DNA from: Pirellulales bacterium
GTDB taxonomy: Bacteria > Planctomycetota > Planctomycetia > Pirellulales > PALSA-1355
Length of the DNA: 64,000 nt
NCBI GenBank assembly: GCA_040877415.1
Contig: JBBDNV010000128.1
Coordinates: forward strand, 14,953 to 78,952
Direction: 5' to 3'
Under the pieces are notes generated by a model, which worked only from the letters and a program-made list of their open reading frames with translations, searched no databases and had not been told where the DNA came from. The position numbers and the translations under genes are program-made. This document shows positions 48,437 to 63,892 of this stretch, in pieces; positions within the stretch are counted from its first letter, which is position 1; each line of letters begins with the position of its first letter.

Positions 48437-49240
48437 TTACAGAAAATACCAGTCGCCGCTGAGCACGACCCAGATTCCCAACAGCAGATTCGTCACCGCG
48501 TGGGCCACGACGCAGTCCCAGATGCTTCGGGTCTGGTACATCAGCCAGGTGACCAGCGTAAACCAGACGGCCGCCGCGAACAGTTCGGCCGGATGCATGA
48601 GCACCGGAACCAGCGTGCCGGCGGCAATGGCGGCGGGCGTGAGCGTGCCGAAGGGGACTTTCCACCAGTCGGCGCCGATGACGAAGCGCATCACGAAGGC
48701 GCGTATGAAAAACTCCTCGACAAACGGCACCACCGCCACCAGGCCCCAGAACCGTACGGCCAGAAACCCATAGGCCCAAAGCGGCCGATCCGATAATTCC
48801 TCGAAGGGATTAAACGCGCTGCGCGTGCCCAGACCCAAAAGCGACTCCAGGCCCAACGGCCCCAGCAGCGTCGATTCCAATTCCAGCTTGCAGATGCCGA
48901 TCCACAACAGCACTCCCACGGCGCCCACGAAGGGCGCCAAGAGCGTCACGCGAAACGGAAACTGCCGATAGCCGGGCCAGACCGCACCAATCGCGGCCAT
49001 CGTCAAGAGAATCTTGACGGTGTAGACCACCGGATACGCCGAATACTCGATGACGAATCCCAACAGCCGAAACGGCTTTTCCTCGGTCGGCTCAAAGGCC
49101 CCGCACAGCATGTACACGGCAAACGGCAACACCAGCGGAATCCACGGATAGCGCGCCGGCCACTCGGAATCGCCGGGCTGCGCGCTCGTTAGCGGCTTGT
49201 TAGCCCCCGAGGTATCGCCGTTTTGCACGTGTCTGGCCAT
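48437..49240 (-). CDS. CPBP-family (CAAX) intramembrane metalloprotease
   Basis: The product is multi-TM. Motifs are EEFFIRAF and HAVTNLLL. Confidence 0.75.
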   Translation of the reverse strand: MARHVQNGDTSGANKPLTSAQPGDSEWPARYPWIPLVLPFAVYMLCGAFEPTEEKPFRLLGFVIEYSAYPVVYTVKILLTMAAIGAVWPGYRQFPFRVTLLAPFVGAVGVLLWIGICKLELESTLLGPLGLESLLGLGTRSAFNPFEELSDRPLWAYGFLAVRFWGLVAVVPFVEEFFIRAFVMRFVIGADWWKVPFGTLTPAAIAAGTLVPVLMHPAELFAAAVWFTLVTWLMYQTRSIWDCVVAHAVTNLLLGIWVVLSGDWYFL

Positions 49241-49572
49241 TGGTGTGAAAAGCTAATTTCGCCAATGAGATATGTCGAACTGACAGCGGGTCGCTCGCGG
49301 CCGTCCGGGCGAACCGAAGGGTCAGGAATCGGGTCGTTTTTCACGCCGCCACGGGGCCGTTTGACTAGTTTTGCTATATGCCGCCGGCCGATCCCTGCGT
49401 AATATATTTAGTCTACGCTGCCCAGTACAGCCAACTCCCCCTGGCAACGCCTAGGCGGACAATCGGGACCGCCCCGGCGGTATGGTTCCCTTGAGCGATT
49501 GACGCGGCTGGCACACCTTTTGCGCCGGCCTGTTCGACGGTCTCTTTTGACGGTGAGGCGCCGAGGTTCCCC

Positions 49573-51660
<2,088 letters not shown>

Positions 51661-51677
51661 CGCCCGTTTCCAGTCGG

Positions 51678-51708
51678 CCCAGGGAAGGCCTTCCCTGGGC
51701 TTTTTTAT
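51678..51708 (+). terminator. Rho-independent terminator after EF-G
   Basis: cccagggaagg-cc-ttccctggg followed by cttttttat. Confidence 0.75.
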
Positions 51709-51730
51709 GCGCGCGCTGTTTTTTGACCGG

Positions 51731-51759
51731 TGCCACGGGTGGCTCGTCCACCCGTGGTG
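51731..51759. repeat. REP-like palindromic element (CCACGGGTGG-ctcgt-CCACCCGTGG)
   Basis: A perfect 10-bp stem with a 5-nt loop. It lies between the EF-G terminator and the DUF421 gene. Confidence 0.55.
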
Positions 51760-51783
51760 CGTGCAACCCCCGCTCGCGAGCGC

Positions 51784-52359
51784 TCACGCGCGTCCGGCCA
51801 GCGCCCGTTCGACGTCGGCCAGTTGACGGCTGATCGCGTCGAGGCGGCTCGTCAACTCGCCGCGGAGCACCTCAGCCGGCGGGGGCTCTTTGCCCACGAA
51901 CGAAATCACGCCGCTCGGCTCGAGCACAGCCTTGTCGATCTCGTCGAGCGAGGCGAAACCCTGCCGGTGAGCGGCAATCTCCAGTTCGAATTTCGTGATC
52001 AGCTCGCGCTGCATTCGATCGCGCTGCATGGTGCCGTGCTGCACCAGCGGCGTCGGCTCGCCTTCCACCAGCCGGTCGAACCTCGGATGCGCAAACAGAT
52101 ACCGCACGACGGCGTAGTTGAGCGCCAACAGCGTGGCGGCCCCGATCAAACCGCCGGTCACGCTGTTGTCGTTGCCGATGATCGCGTTTTGCACCGTGTT
52201 GGCGATCACGAGCAGCACGACCAGGTCCATGGCGTTCAACTGCGCCAGCTCGCGCTTACCCGCCAGCCGGAACCCGACAATTAGAAACGCGTACACAATC
52301 ACCGGCCGGATGATTTTTTCCAGCATGCTCAGGTCGAGATCGAACATATTGGCCCACAT
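51784..52359 (-). CDS. DUF421 (YetF-like) membrane protein
   Basis: The N-terminal TM helices and C-terminal soluble domain (MWANMFDLDLSMLEKIIRPVIVYAFLIVGFRL...) are typical of DUF421. Confidence 0.7.
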   Translation of the reverse strand: MWANMFDLDLSMLEKIIRPVIVYAFLIVGFRLAGKRELAQLNAMDLVVLLVIANTVQNAIIGNDNSVTGGLIGAATLLALNYAVVRYLFAHPRFDRLVEGEPTPLVQHGTMQRDRMQRELITKFELEIAAHRQGFASLDEIDKAVLEPSGVISFVGKEPPPAEVLRGELTSRLDAISRQLADVERALAGRA

Positions 52360-52392
52360 GGTTGCTGCCTTTCCTTTCGATTGAGGGGCATT

Positions 52393-52419
52393 GCACGGGT
52401 GGACGAGCCACCCGTGGCA
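52393..52419. repeat. REP-like palindromic element, inverted copy (CACGGGTGG-acgag-CCACCCGTG)
   Basis: Same stem as 51731..51759 with the reverse-complement loop. The two copies bracket the DUF421 gene in inverted orientation. Confidence 0.55.
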
Positions 52420-52425
52420 CCGTGG

Positions 52426-53502
<1,077 letters not shown>

Positions 53503-54072
53503 CCGCGGGCGGATATCGAGCTCGACGGCCAGGTTGTCATGACTGGCGTTTGCCATGGGCGTTGGGCAGCCGGTCGAAATGGTAAAGGTCAGTTGCTAGC
53601 AGGCCCCACGCACGCCGCATAGTTTACCGAGAACGTACACGTGGACCACCGCGACTCGAAGCGAACCCGTTCCTCGCAATCCCGGCGGAACCTGGGAAAA
53701 CTTGACCGCATCTGCCGGTTTTGTCACGACCCGATTTCCTTTTGCAGCGGCCGGGGCGTTGGGTCGATGACTGTTGTGCGGGCTGTTCGCCTGGTGAGGT
53801 TCGAACCGATTAAAGTCGACTCATCGCACCAGGCACGATGTGCCGCGGGCAATCCGACTCGGAGCTTGCGGCGCGCAACGTCCCGCAAGCGGTACCACAG
53901 ACTCCGCGTTCCTCGACAGTCGCGCTCGAGCCGGCCGGCTAGCGTCCTATCAAGACTTCCGCAACGTCACCACTCCTCGCCAAGACTCCCACCCCGGCCG
54001 CGTCTGAGCTCCCCACTCAGGCGCGGCTATTTTTTGCGCGCTAAGGGTGGCTCGCAAGCGGGCCGTTTCGCG

Positions 54073-55599
54073 TCACACCGGCCGCACCCGTCGCTTGCGG
54101 AACACTTCCTTGAGAGACGCGCGGTTTGCACCGCCGTTGAGGTTCTCATCGGCGTCGAGAATGGCGCGTGCGCCCCGGGGAAACGTGGTGAATCCGTCGA
54201 GCTGGAAGTGGCTTTCCAGGATGAGGCGGTCGGCTTCCTCGCGCCCCATCTTCCCGCGCACGTCCCATAGCGTTGCGGACCAGATCTCGCCGTTGTCGTG
54301 CTCGTCGTCACCCTCGATGAAATCGTCATAGGTCCAGTCCTCGTCGACGCGCCGAAGCCCGGGAGGATCGAGCCCTCTTTCCAGGCCGATCAGCAGCCCA
54401 TCCCACGTCATCACGGTTGACCTGTATCGCGCGGGCTTGGTTTCGGCGAAGAAGCTGGCGGCGAAATAGTCGCCAAAGCCCTCGCCCATTGCCGCCGCCT
54501 CTTCCGACTGGCCAAAGTCCGGGACGATCGCGTCCTGGATCGCATGCCCGAATTCGTGGAGGATCGTTTCACCGTCTTCGGCGTCGTCGATCGCGCCGAT
54601 GCCAAACGTCAGGAGCTTTTCCGCCGGGCTGTACCAGGAGTTGTCCTCGCGGGTCCCATTGACGTCGACGCGGACGGGCGCGCCAAAAATCGCCCGCGAG
54701 CCGCGAAAGCCGAGGCGCTCGATGTAACGGATGGCCCGGTCGATGTGATGGTAGACCATCACTTCCTCGAACCCCTTCTCCCTGGAAGTAAAAAGGAAGC
54801 TGCGGTCACGGCGCCGCACCCGCCTGCCCGCGCGGGTCGGCTGCGTAGTGACCCACTTGCCTTCGAGGCGCCCGTTGGTTTTGAGATCGCGCAGCGTGAC
54901 GGTCGCATAGGCCGGCGCGGGCGGTATCCGGTGGTTTCCTTTGGCCGTCAGCAGGGCGTCGTGGTCACCCAGGGCCGTCACCGGACTGGGGTCGAAGACA
55001 CGACCCCGACCGGTCGCCTTCGAGAGATTGTCATAGCGACTCAAGAACCCGCCGGTCCGCGCATTGATGTACACAATCCACTCCTCGCGAGGACTCGTTC
55101 GAGCGAGTCGTATGCGCCAGGCCGGAACGAGACGCTCTTCCTTCGGGAACCACAGTTCCTCTGTGCCTTGCTCGGTTGCTCGGCGTCCCGCGCTCGGCAA
55201 CCTGCGCCGCGCGCGGCGCACGGCTTCGTTGACGCCCAAGCGGAACTCCGCTTTGCTCGGCAGCAGCGGCCGCGGCACCGCGCGGTTTTTCGCCAGGTAG
55301 ATCTGCCCTCGATTGCCAACGTGGACGGTGACGTACGCCCGATGGACCCGACGCCCGGCGTGCATCTGCTGCCAAATGACGTGCCTGGCGCCGAGACTCA
55401 AAATCGTCTTCTGATGCACCAGCTCGCCGAGGTCCGACTCGAGGCCGAGCAACGCCGAATTGGCGATTAGAAACTCCTTCGCGATTCCCTCCGGCCGACC
55501 TTTTTGGCGCGACGTCCGAAACCCCCAAAGCTCCTTCGGGGTCCCATAGAACTCTCCCGGCTCCGTACGATAGGCCCCCTTTTCCAGCGGCTTCATCAC
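54073..55599 (-). CDS. Zinc metalloprotease, HEXXH gluzincin (thermolysin M4 / M36-like)
   Basis: The motif is ILHEFGHAIQD followed by GEGFGDYFA, a third Glu ligand in a thermolysin-like arrangement. No obvious signal peptide is present. Confidence 0.65.
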   Translation of the reverse strand: MMKPLEKGAYRTEPGEFYGTPKELWGFRTSRQKGRPEGIAKEFLIANSALLGLESDLGELVHQKTILSLGARHVIWQQMHAGRRVHRAYVTVHVGNRGQIYLAKNRAVPRPLLPSKAEFRLGVNEAVRRARRRLPSAGRRATEQGTEELWFPKEERLVPAWRIRLARTSPREEWIVYINARTGGFLSRYDNLSKATGRGRVFDPSPVTALGDHDALLTAKGNHRIPPAPAYATVTLRDLKTNGRLEGKWVTTQPTRAGRRVRRRDRSFLFTSREKGFEEVMVYHHIDRAIRYIERLGFRGSRAIFGAPVRVDVNGTREDNSWYSPAEKLLTFGIGAIDDAEDGETILHEFGHAIQDAIVPDFGQSEEAAAMGEGFGDYFAASFFAETKPARYRSTVMTWDGLLIGLERGLDPPGLRRVDEDWTYDDFIEGDDEHDNGEIWSATLWDVRGKMGREEADRLILESHFQLDGFTTFPRGARAILDADENLNGGANRASLKEVFRKRRVRPV

Positions 55600-55968
55600 A
55601 GGGCTCCTGGGTAACGGGCTTTGATTTTTTTACACCGCCGATCATCGACGTTTCGCTGGCGTGGTTCCGTCGCACGCTGCGGACAGGCGCAGGGCGCCGA
55701 TTATCTCAGCTTTCGGCGTGCTTCGCGACGCCCGACGGCCAGCCTCAAACGGGGGTCGTTTCTCGGCGCCGTAGCCGCCGCCGAGCGGCTACTGGGAAGG
55801 CGCGATTGCGGGCCCGTCGCGGAGGTGCGATTTTGGCCGTGTTTTTGGGGCTTTTTTCGGCGCCAGCCGGCGGCCGGGAACCCTCCTTGACCACCTCCCC
55901 CGGCGGCCCGGAAAAGGGTACAATTCACGCTGCTCGATTGACCGATTTTTGGCTTAAACGGCACCCTC

Positions 55969-57057
55969 TTGTTGGACGGAACCACAGTGGTTAACGGCGT
56001 CTTGACGATCCCCTTATCGGGGATAAGTTTCGGCTCGTCGCAGGCGGCCGATGCGCGCGCGATCCGCTTGTCGCAGTTCGTCGCCGGACCGGAAAACGCG
56101 CTTGTAGCCGCCGCGCTTGGCCCCTTTCTCGATTCAAGGGCGACCTGCTACAGCCCGCTTGTGTTGTGCGGCCCGCACGGCAGCGGAAAGTCGCACCTGG
56201 CGTGTGGTTTGGCCGATTGGTGGCGCCGGCATTTCCCCGACGCTTCGCTCGTGTGCCTCACTGGCTCGGAGTTTGCCCGGGAGCATACGGCCGCGATGGC
56301 CGAAGGCCGACTGGAAGCGTGGCGCGCGGAAGTGCGCGGGGCGGGGTTATTCGTCCTCGACGATCTCGGCGAGTTGGTCGACAAGCGCTCGGCGCAGCGG
56401 GAACTGCTGCACGCGCTGGATGCGTTGTCCGACAGCGGGGGGCTGGTGGTCGTGACGGCTCGAACGTTGCCGGGCCATTGGCCCGTTTTGCTGCCGGCGC
56501 TCGGCGGGCGTTTGTCGGCCGGATTGGCGGTGTCGCTGGCGTTTCCGGCGCGTCCCGCGCGGCGAGTCCTTCTTCAGCAGCTCGCGGCGGGGCGGGGCGT
56601 TTCGCTGCGACCCGAAGCGCTCGACGGCCTGGCCGCCGGGCTCGAGGGTGGCGTGCCGACGTTGATTTCGGCGATTCTCGAATTGGAACTGGCCGCTTGC
56701 GCCCAAGGACAGTCGATCGATTCCGAGCGCGTACGGCAATTCGTTTCCGAGCGGGACGGCGCCGCAAAGCCCACGCTGCGCCAGATCGCCGGGCTGACGG
56801 CGAAGTACTTCGGCTTGAAAGTTTCGGAGCTAAAAGGCCCGGCGCGGCGAAGGTCGCTGGCCGCCGGCCGCGGAGTGGCCATGTACCTGGCGCGGCAATT
56901 GACCAACAGCAGCCTGGGCCAAATCGGCAGCTATTTCGGTGGTCGCGACCACACGACCGTCCTGTACGGGTGCCGCCGGACCGAAAAGCTCTTACACCGC
57001 GATCGGGCGACCCGGCAGGCCGTCACCGAATTGAAAAAACTGCTGGCGTCCTCATGA
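55969..57057 (+). CDS. dnaA: Chromosomal replication initiator DnaA, short form (AAA+ domain III plus DNA-binding domain IV, minimal N-terminus)
   Basis: Walker A is CGPHGSGKSHL. The domain IV signature is LTAKYFGLKVSELKGPARRRSLAAGRGVAMYLARQLTNSSLGQIGSYFGGRDHTTVLYG. The dnaA-dnaN-dciA-gyrB synteny supports the call. The start is TTG 55969 or GTG 55987. Confidence 0.8.
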   Translation: MLDGTTVVNGVLTIPLSGISFGSSQAADARAIRLSQFVAGPENALVAAALGPFLDSRATCYSPLVLCGPHGSGKSHLACGLADWWRRHFPDASLVCLTGSEFAREHTAAMAEGRLEAWRAEVRGAGLFVLDDLGELVDKRSAQRELLHALDALSDSGGLVVVTARTLPGHWPVLLPALGGRLSAGLAVSLAFPARPARRVLLQQLAAGRGVSLRPEALDGLAAGLEGGVPTLISAILELELAACAQGQSIDSERVRQFVSERDGAAKPTLRQIAGLTAKYFGLKVSELKGPARRRSLAAGRGVAMYLARQLTNSSLGQIGSYFGGRDHTTVLYGCRRTEKLLHRDRATRQAVTELKKLLASS

Positions 57058-57400
57058 CGGGGCAAGGTGAACGAATTGTCGTTGCGTTGTTCGATCCACC
57101 ATCGACCCACCAACGTCCACCGACACGACGCGCAGACCCCGGCTCAAAGGACATGACGACAACGGCAGACTGCCGACCGAGGCCCAACACGATGGCGACA
57201 GGTTACTCACCACGCTCGGGCGGCCGCGAGCCGTTCGCAAGTCGTGACGGCGCGGTGCTTAGCGTTGGGCCGCGACGCTGCTTTCGACAGCCGGGTAGCG
57301 CCGTATTACTATTACTTCTGAATACTCAAATATTGAAGAAGAACCAGGCATCATCCGCGTCGAAGCACTCGCACCGTCGAGTCGAAGAAAGGCACCTGGC
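57058..57400. other. Putative oriC (dnaA-dnaN intergenic region): DnaA-box-like array and AT-rich DNA unwinding element
   Basis: Three boxes, gaTCCACCat, gaCCCACCaa and cgTCCACCga, occur at 57095, 57106 and 57116 with 10-11 bp spacing. A roughly 40 bp AT-rich stretch (attactattacttctgaatactcaaatattgaagaagaa) lies at 57304..57343 in an otherwise 67% GC region. Confidence 0.5.
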
Positions 57401-58516
57401 ATGAAAGTCACCTGCGACCGCGAGGCATTGTTGGCGGCATTCCAGACTGCGGCGGCCGTCGTGCCCTCGCGCAGTCCCAAGCCGATCCTGCAAAACATCA
57501 AGCTCGAAGTCAGCGACGCGGGAGCGATCTTGCTGGCGACGGATTTGGAAGTCGGCATCCGCCTTCAGGTCGCGGGAATCCAGCCCGAAGTCCCCGGCAG
57601 CGCCATTTTGCCGCTTTCGCGGTTTGGCTCGATATTGCGCGAAAACTCCGACGCGACGTTGCGCCTCGAAGCCGACGGCGAGGCAACGATCGTGCGCGGC
57701 GACCGCAGCGAATTCAGGCTGCCGGCGGAAAACCCGCAAGAGTTCCCCACCGTGGCCGATTTCACCGACAAGGCGTTTCACGAACTTTCTGCGCGCCTAT
57801 TGCGCGAATTGATCCGCCGCACGATTTTCGCCACCGACAACGAAAGCAGCCGCTACGCGCTCGGCGGAGTGCTCTTGGAAATGGGTCCCGAGAAGATCAT
57901 CGGCGTGGGCACCGACGGCCGGCGGCTGGCCAAGATGGAAGTCCCGGCCAGAAGCGAGGGCGGACACCAATCAGGCGATAGCATGACGATCGTGCCGACC
58001 AAGGCGATGCAGCTCATCGAACGGGCACTCTCGGACGGCGACGCCGAAATCCAACTGGCCGCCCGCACCAACGAGATCCTGGTCCGCAGCCCGCGGGCGA
58101 CGATTTATTCCCGCCTGGTCGAGGGCCGGTTTCCCAAGTGGCGCGACGTGTTTCCCCAGCGCACCGGGGTCTCGCGCATCGAATTGACGGTCGGGCCGCT
58201 GCACTCGGCGGTGCGCCAGGCGGCCATCGTCACCAGCGAGGAGAGCCGCGGCGTCGACTTCAGCTTTGAAGCGGGCCTGCTCGTGCTCAGCGGCCGGGTG
58301 GCCGACGTCGGCCAGTCGCGCGTCGAGCTGCCGATCGCTTACGACGGGCCGACCATATCCATCACGCTCGACCCCCGCTACGTCAGCGACTTTCTCAAAG
58401 TGCTCGATCCGGAAAAGGTCGTAACCATAGAGTTGAAAGACACCGAAAGCGCCGCCGTGTGTACGACCGACGACGGTTATGGATACGTGATCATGCCCCT
58501 GGCCCGCGACCATTAA
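57401..58516 (+). CDS. dnaN: DNA polymerase III beta subunit (sliding clamp)
   Basis: The N-terminus MKVTCDREALLAAFQTAAAVVPSRSPKPILQNIKLEV is typical. The length is 371 aa. It lies directly downstream of dnaA. Confidence 0.9.
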   Translation: MKVTCDREALLAAFQTAAAVVPSRSPKPILQNIKLEVSDAGAILLATDLEVGIRLQVAGIQPEVPGSAILPLSRFGSILRENSDATLRLEADGEATIVRGDRSEFRLPAENPQEFPTVADFTDKAFHELSARLLRELIRRTIFATDNESSRYALGGVLLEMGPEKIIGVGTDGRRLAKMEVPARSEGGHQSGDSMTIVPTKAMQLIERALSDGDAEIQLAARTNEILVRSPRATIYSRLVEGRFPKWRDVFPQRTGVSRIELTVGPLHSAVRQAAIVTSEESRGVDFSFEAGLLVLSGRVADVGQSRVELPIAYDGPTISITLDPRYVSDFLKVLDPEKVVTIELKDTESAAVCTTDDGYGYVIMPLARDH

Positions 58517-58585
58517 GGAGGTTTTTGCGTTGCGGTCCGGGCGGCGCCGGCCTGGCGCTGCCGCATCGCACGGCTTTTTCCAGCC

Positions 58586-58891
58586 ATGACCCACGGCCAA
58601 CCTCAACGGATCGGCGACGTGCTCGCGCAACTGCTGGCCCGCCGGGGCTATGCCCGCGTGCGATCGGGTGGCGCCTGCGCGGAGGCGTGGCGCCAGGCGG
58701 CGGGCGAGCGGCGGGCTTCGTCCACGCGGGCCACGGGGGTTCGCCGCGGCGTGCTGGAAGTGCTGGTCGAGAATTCGACGTTGGTCCAGGAAATGAATTT
58801 TGAAAAGAGAGCGTTGATCAGCCGGCTGGCGGAACTGCTGCCGGATGAGAACATACGCGACGTGAGGTTTCGCGTTGGCCCTGTGACGTGA
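58586..58891 (+). CDS. dciA: DUF721 / DciA-like protein (helicase-loading factor family)
   Basis: The roughly 100-aa ORF lies between dnaN and gyrB. The C-terminal motif IRDVRFRVGP and the GVLEVLVENSTLVQEMNF pattern are DUF721-typical. Confidence 0.65.
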   Translation: MTHGQPQRIGDVLAQLLARRGYARVRSGGACAEAWRQAAGERRASSTRATGVRRGVLEVLVENSTLVQEMNFEKRALISRLAELLPDENIRDVRFRVGPVT

Positions 58892-58978
58892 CGCGAAACG
58901 CCGGCGGCCGGCGCGCTGGAGCGCTCCGCACGGCTTTGCGGGACGCGCGCAAGCGGTCCCGGCCAGGATGGCGAGTAA

Positions 58979-61552
<2,574 letters not shown>

Positions 61553-61662
61553 GCGCGCGCCGGCCGGCTCGCGATTTCGTCGCGGTGGTTTGCGCATTGC
61601 GAATCGTCCGGTATCATGCAGGGCAACGGACGCCCTCCCTTGAGAAACCGGAGTTCTCCCGC

Positions 61663-63510
61663 ATGACCACTAAGAACCCCGCCCAAACGGCCAATACGAT
61701 TCTCTGCGGCGACTGCATCGAGGGCATGAACGGGCTGGCCGCCGGCGGCGTCGATCTGGCGTTTGCCGATCCGCCGTTCAATATCGGATACGACTACGAT
61801 GTCTACGACGATCGGCAAGAGCGCGACAAATACCTGGCCTGGTCGCGCGATTGGATTGCGGCCGTTTACCGGGTGCTCAAGCCCGATGGGGCGTTCTGGC
61901 TGGCCATCGGCGACGAATACGCGGCCGAGCTGAAAATCGAGAGTCAGAAAATCGGCTTTCACTGCCGCAGTTGGGTCGTCTGGTACTACACGTTCGGCGT
62001 CAACTGCGACAGGAAGTTCACCCGCTCCCACGCCCACCTGTTCCACTTCGTCAAGAACCCGAAAGAATTCACCTTTCGGGCCGACGCCCTGGAAAACCGC
62101 ATCCCGTCGGCGCGGCAACTGGTCTACAACGACAAGCGCGCCAATTCCACCGGGCGGCTGCCCGACGACACGTGGATCATTCGCCCCGCGGAATTCGCCG
62201 GGCTGGTGGACGACGACGGCGCCTGGCCGCCGGCGAAACTGCCGGCGCCGGCGGATCAAGACCAATCCTGGACGCTGCGGCCGCAAGATCTCGGCGAATG
62301 TTTTGGGCCGGCCGAAAACACCTGGTACTTTCCCCGCGTGGCCGGCACGTTCAAGGAACGGGCCGGCTTTCATGGCTGCCAGATGCCCGAGCAGCTATTG
62401 GCGCGAATCATTCGCGCGTGCTCCGAGGAAGGGGAGCTCGTGCTGGACCCGTTTTCCGGCAGTGCCACGACCGCGGCGGTCGCCAAGAAGCTCGGCCGGC
62501 GCTACCTGGCGTTCGACGTTTCGGCCGATTATGTAAAGCTGGGGCTGGCGCGCCTCGAGCGCACGCGCGTCGGCGATCGATTGGACGGGTCGGCCGAACC
62601 GCTTATGTCAGCTCCCAGAACGGACAAGCCGCGATCGCGTTCCCGATCCGTCAAAGGCGCGCGAAAATCGACCGCGATTGCAGTTCAACCGGACTATCGA
62701 CAAACCGAAGAGTGTTACGACCTGGTTCAACTTGAGATGACGCTGCGCGGCATCGTCGAGGCGTTTCGCCTCGTGCACGACGGGTTTTCGGCCGATCGCG
62801 TGGTGACGGATCCGAGCCTCGACAACCGCTTCGTGGAACAATGCCGAAAGTTGGGCCTGATGGGCGACGCCCGCACCTGGAACATCCTCTTGTTTCGGCT
62901 GCGAAAAGCCGGCAAGCTCGCGCACCTGCCGACCCGGGAGCGAACCGCAATCTCCTGGGAAGCGTGCGACGACTATTTCTTTGCCAGTGAGATCGCGCTT
63001 GAGCTCGTGCTCGCTTCGGGCAAGGCCGAGAGCCTCGACGAGATTCTGTGCGATCCCGACCTGGCCGGCGAGTTCGACAAGCTGGCCGCCGATTTCGCGC
63101 CGGGGCGGCAGTCGTTCGAGTACCGCTGGGCGGCGCTGAAGCTTCGCAAGCAGGCGAAAATTGCGCGCAGCCGCGGCGCCGTGCTGGTGCCGCCCGCGCG
63201 CTTGAGCCGCGAAACGCCTGTTGATCAGCTCGACGTGCGCGGGATTCCGCCGCGGCCGGGAGTCTATTTGCTCAGTGGAAACAAGTCGCAAAAGCTGTAC
63301 GCGGGCGAGGCGCTGAATCTGCGGAGCCGGCTGGAAACGCAGTTTGAATCCGGCCGGCGCGTAGTTTTGGGCCGTTTCCCCGGGCCGCTCTCCTTGCGGA
63401 CCTTCCTGACGCACACGCTACCTGCCGAAATGCTTGCGTGGCAGAGTTGTCTGGTGCGAAAATACAAGCCTCGGCTTAACTATCGGGAGCTGCGCGCGGT
63501 AGGGTCCTGA
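61663..63510 (+). CDS. Beta-class DNA methyltransferase (N6-adenine or N4-cytosine) fused to a C-terminal GIY-YIG (UvrC-like) nuclease domain
   Basis: Motif IV is [12 protein letters not shown]. It precedes motif [16 protein letters not shown], which is the beta-class order. The C-terminus [30 protein letters not shown]...[11 protein letters not shown] matches the UvrC/I-TevI GIY-YIG consensus. The single in-frame ORF of 616 aa is embedded in the artefactual 1405-aa track ORF 59293..63510. Confidence 0.75.
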   Translation: MTTKNPAQTANTILCGDCIEGMNGLAAGGVDLAFADPPFNIGYDYDVYDDRQERDKYLAWSRDWIAAVYRVLKPDGAFWLAIGDEYAAELKIESQKIGFHCRSWVVWYYTFGVNCDRKFTRSHAHLFHFVKNPKEFTFRADALENRIPSARQLVYNDKRANSTGRLPDDTWIIRPAEFAGLVDDDGAWPPAKLPAPADQDQSWTLRPQDLGECFGPAENTWYFPRVAGTFKERAGFHGCQMPEQLLARIIRACSEEGELVLDPFSGSATTAAVAKKLGRRYLAFDVSADYVKLGLARLERTRVGDRLDGSAEPLMSAPRTDKPRSRSRSVKGARKSTAIAVQPDYRQTEECYDLVQLEMTLRGIVEAFRLVHDGFSADRVVTDPSLDNRFVEQCRKLGLMGDARTWNILLFRLRKAGKLAHLPTRERTAISWEACDDYFFASEIALELVLASGKAESLDEILCDPDLAGEFDKLAADFAPGRQSFEYRWAALKLRKQAKIARSRGAVLVPPARLSRETPVDQLDVRGIPPRPGVYLLSGNKSQKLYAGEALNLRSRLETQFESGRRVVLGRFPGPLSLRTFLTHTLPAEMLAWQSCLVRKYKPRLNYRELRAVGS

Positions 63511-63544
63511 CGGCGTGTCGCCGGAGGAACGGGCTTGATCTCCT

Positions 63545-63892
63545 TCAAAGAATCCTGGCTTGACAATGGGGGCAGGAAGCAGCGTCGTCCCGGATTCGCA
63601 TGCGACGTGGCTTGAAGTTCCCTGAGCCGCATTTCCATAGACTGCCTCGGCAGTGTGGGCACGTGACCATGCTTCTGCACAGCACCGAGGTCGCGGCCCA
63701 ACAGACCAATCCAGGCACGCCCAAGAATAGGATGAGTGCGAGCCAGGATTGTTGGAACCTTGCCGGAAGGGCGACGAGCAGGAACAGCGCGGCCGGTACG
63801 CCGAAGAGTAGCGTTATAGCAGATCGCGCTTGGGCGGCTCTCAACAGTGCCTTGTGGAGTGCCATCCGGCTGATTGTGCGATCATCTCCCAT
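63545..63892 (-). CDS. Small membrane protein with a C-terminal zinc-ribbon (CPHC...CPHC)
   Basis: Two TM helices are followed by TCPHCRGSLWKCG...SCPHCQARIL. It is convergent with the MTase gene. Confidence 0.4.
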   Translation of the reverse strand: MGDDRTISRMALHKALLRAAQARSAITLLFGVPAALFLLVALPARFQQSWLALILFLGVPGLVCWAATSVLCRSMVTCPHCRGSLWKCGSGNFKPRRMRIRDDAASCPHCQARIL

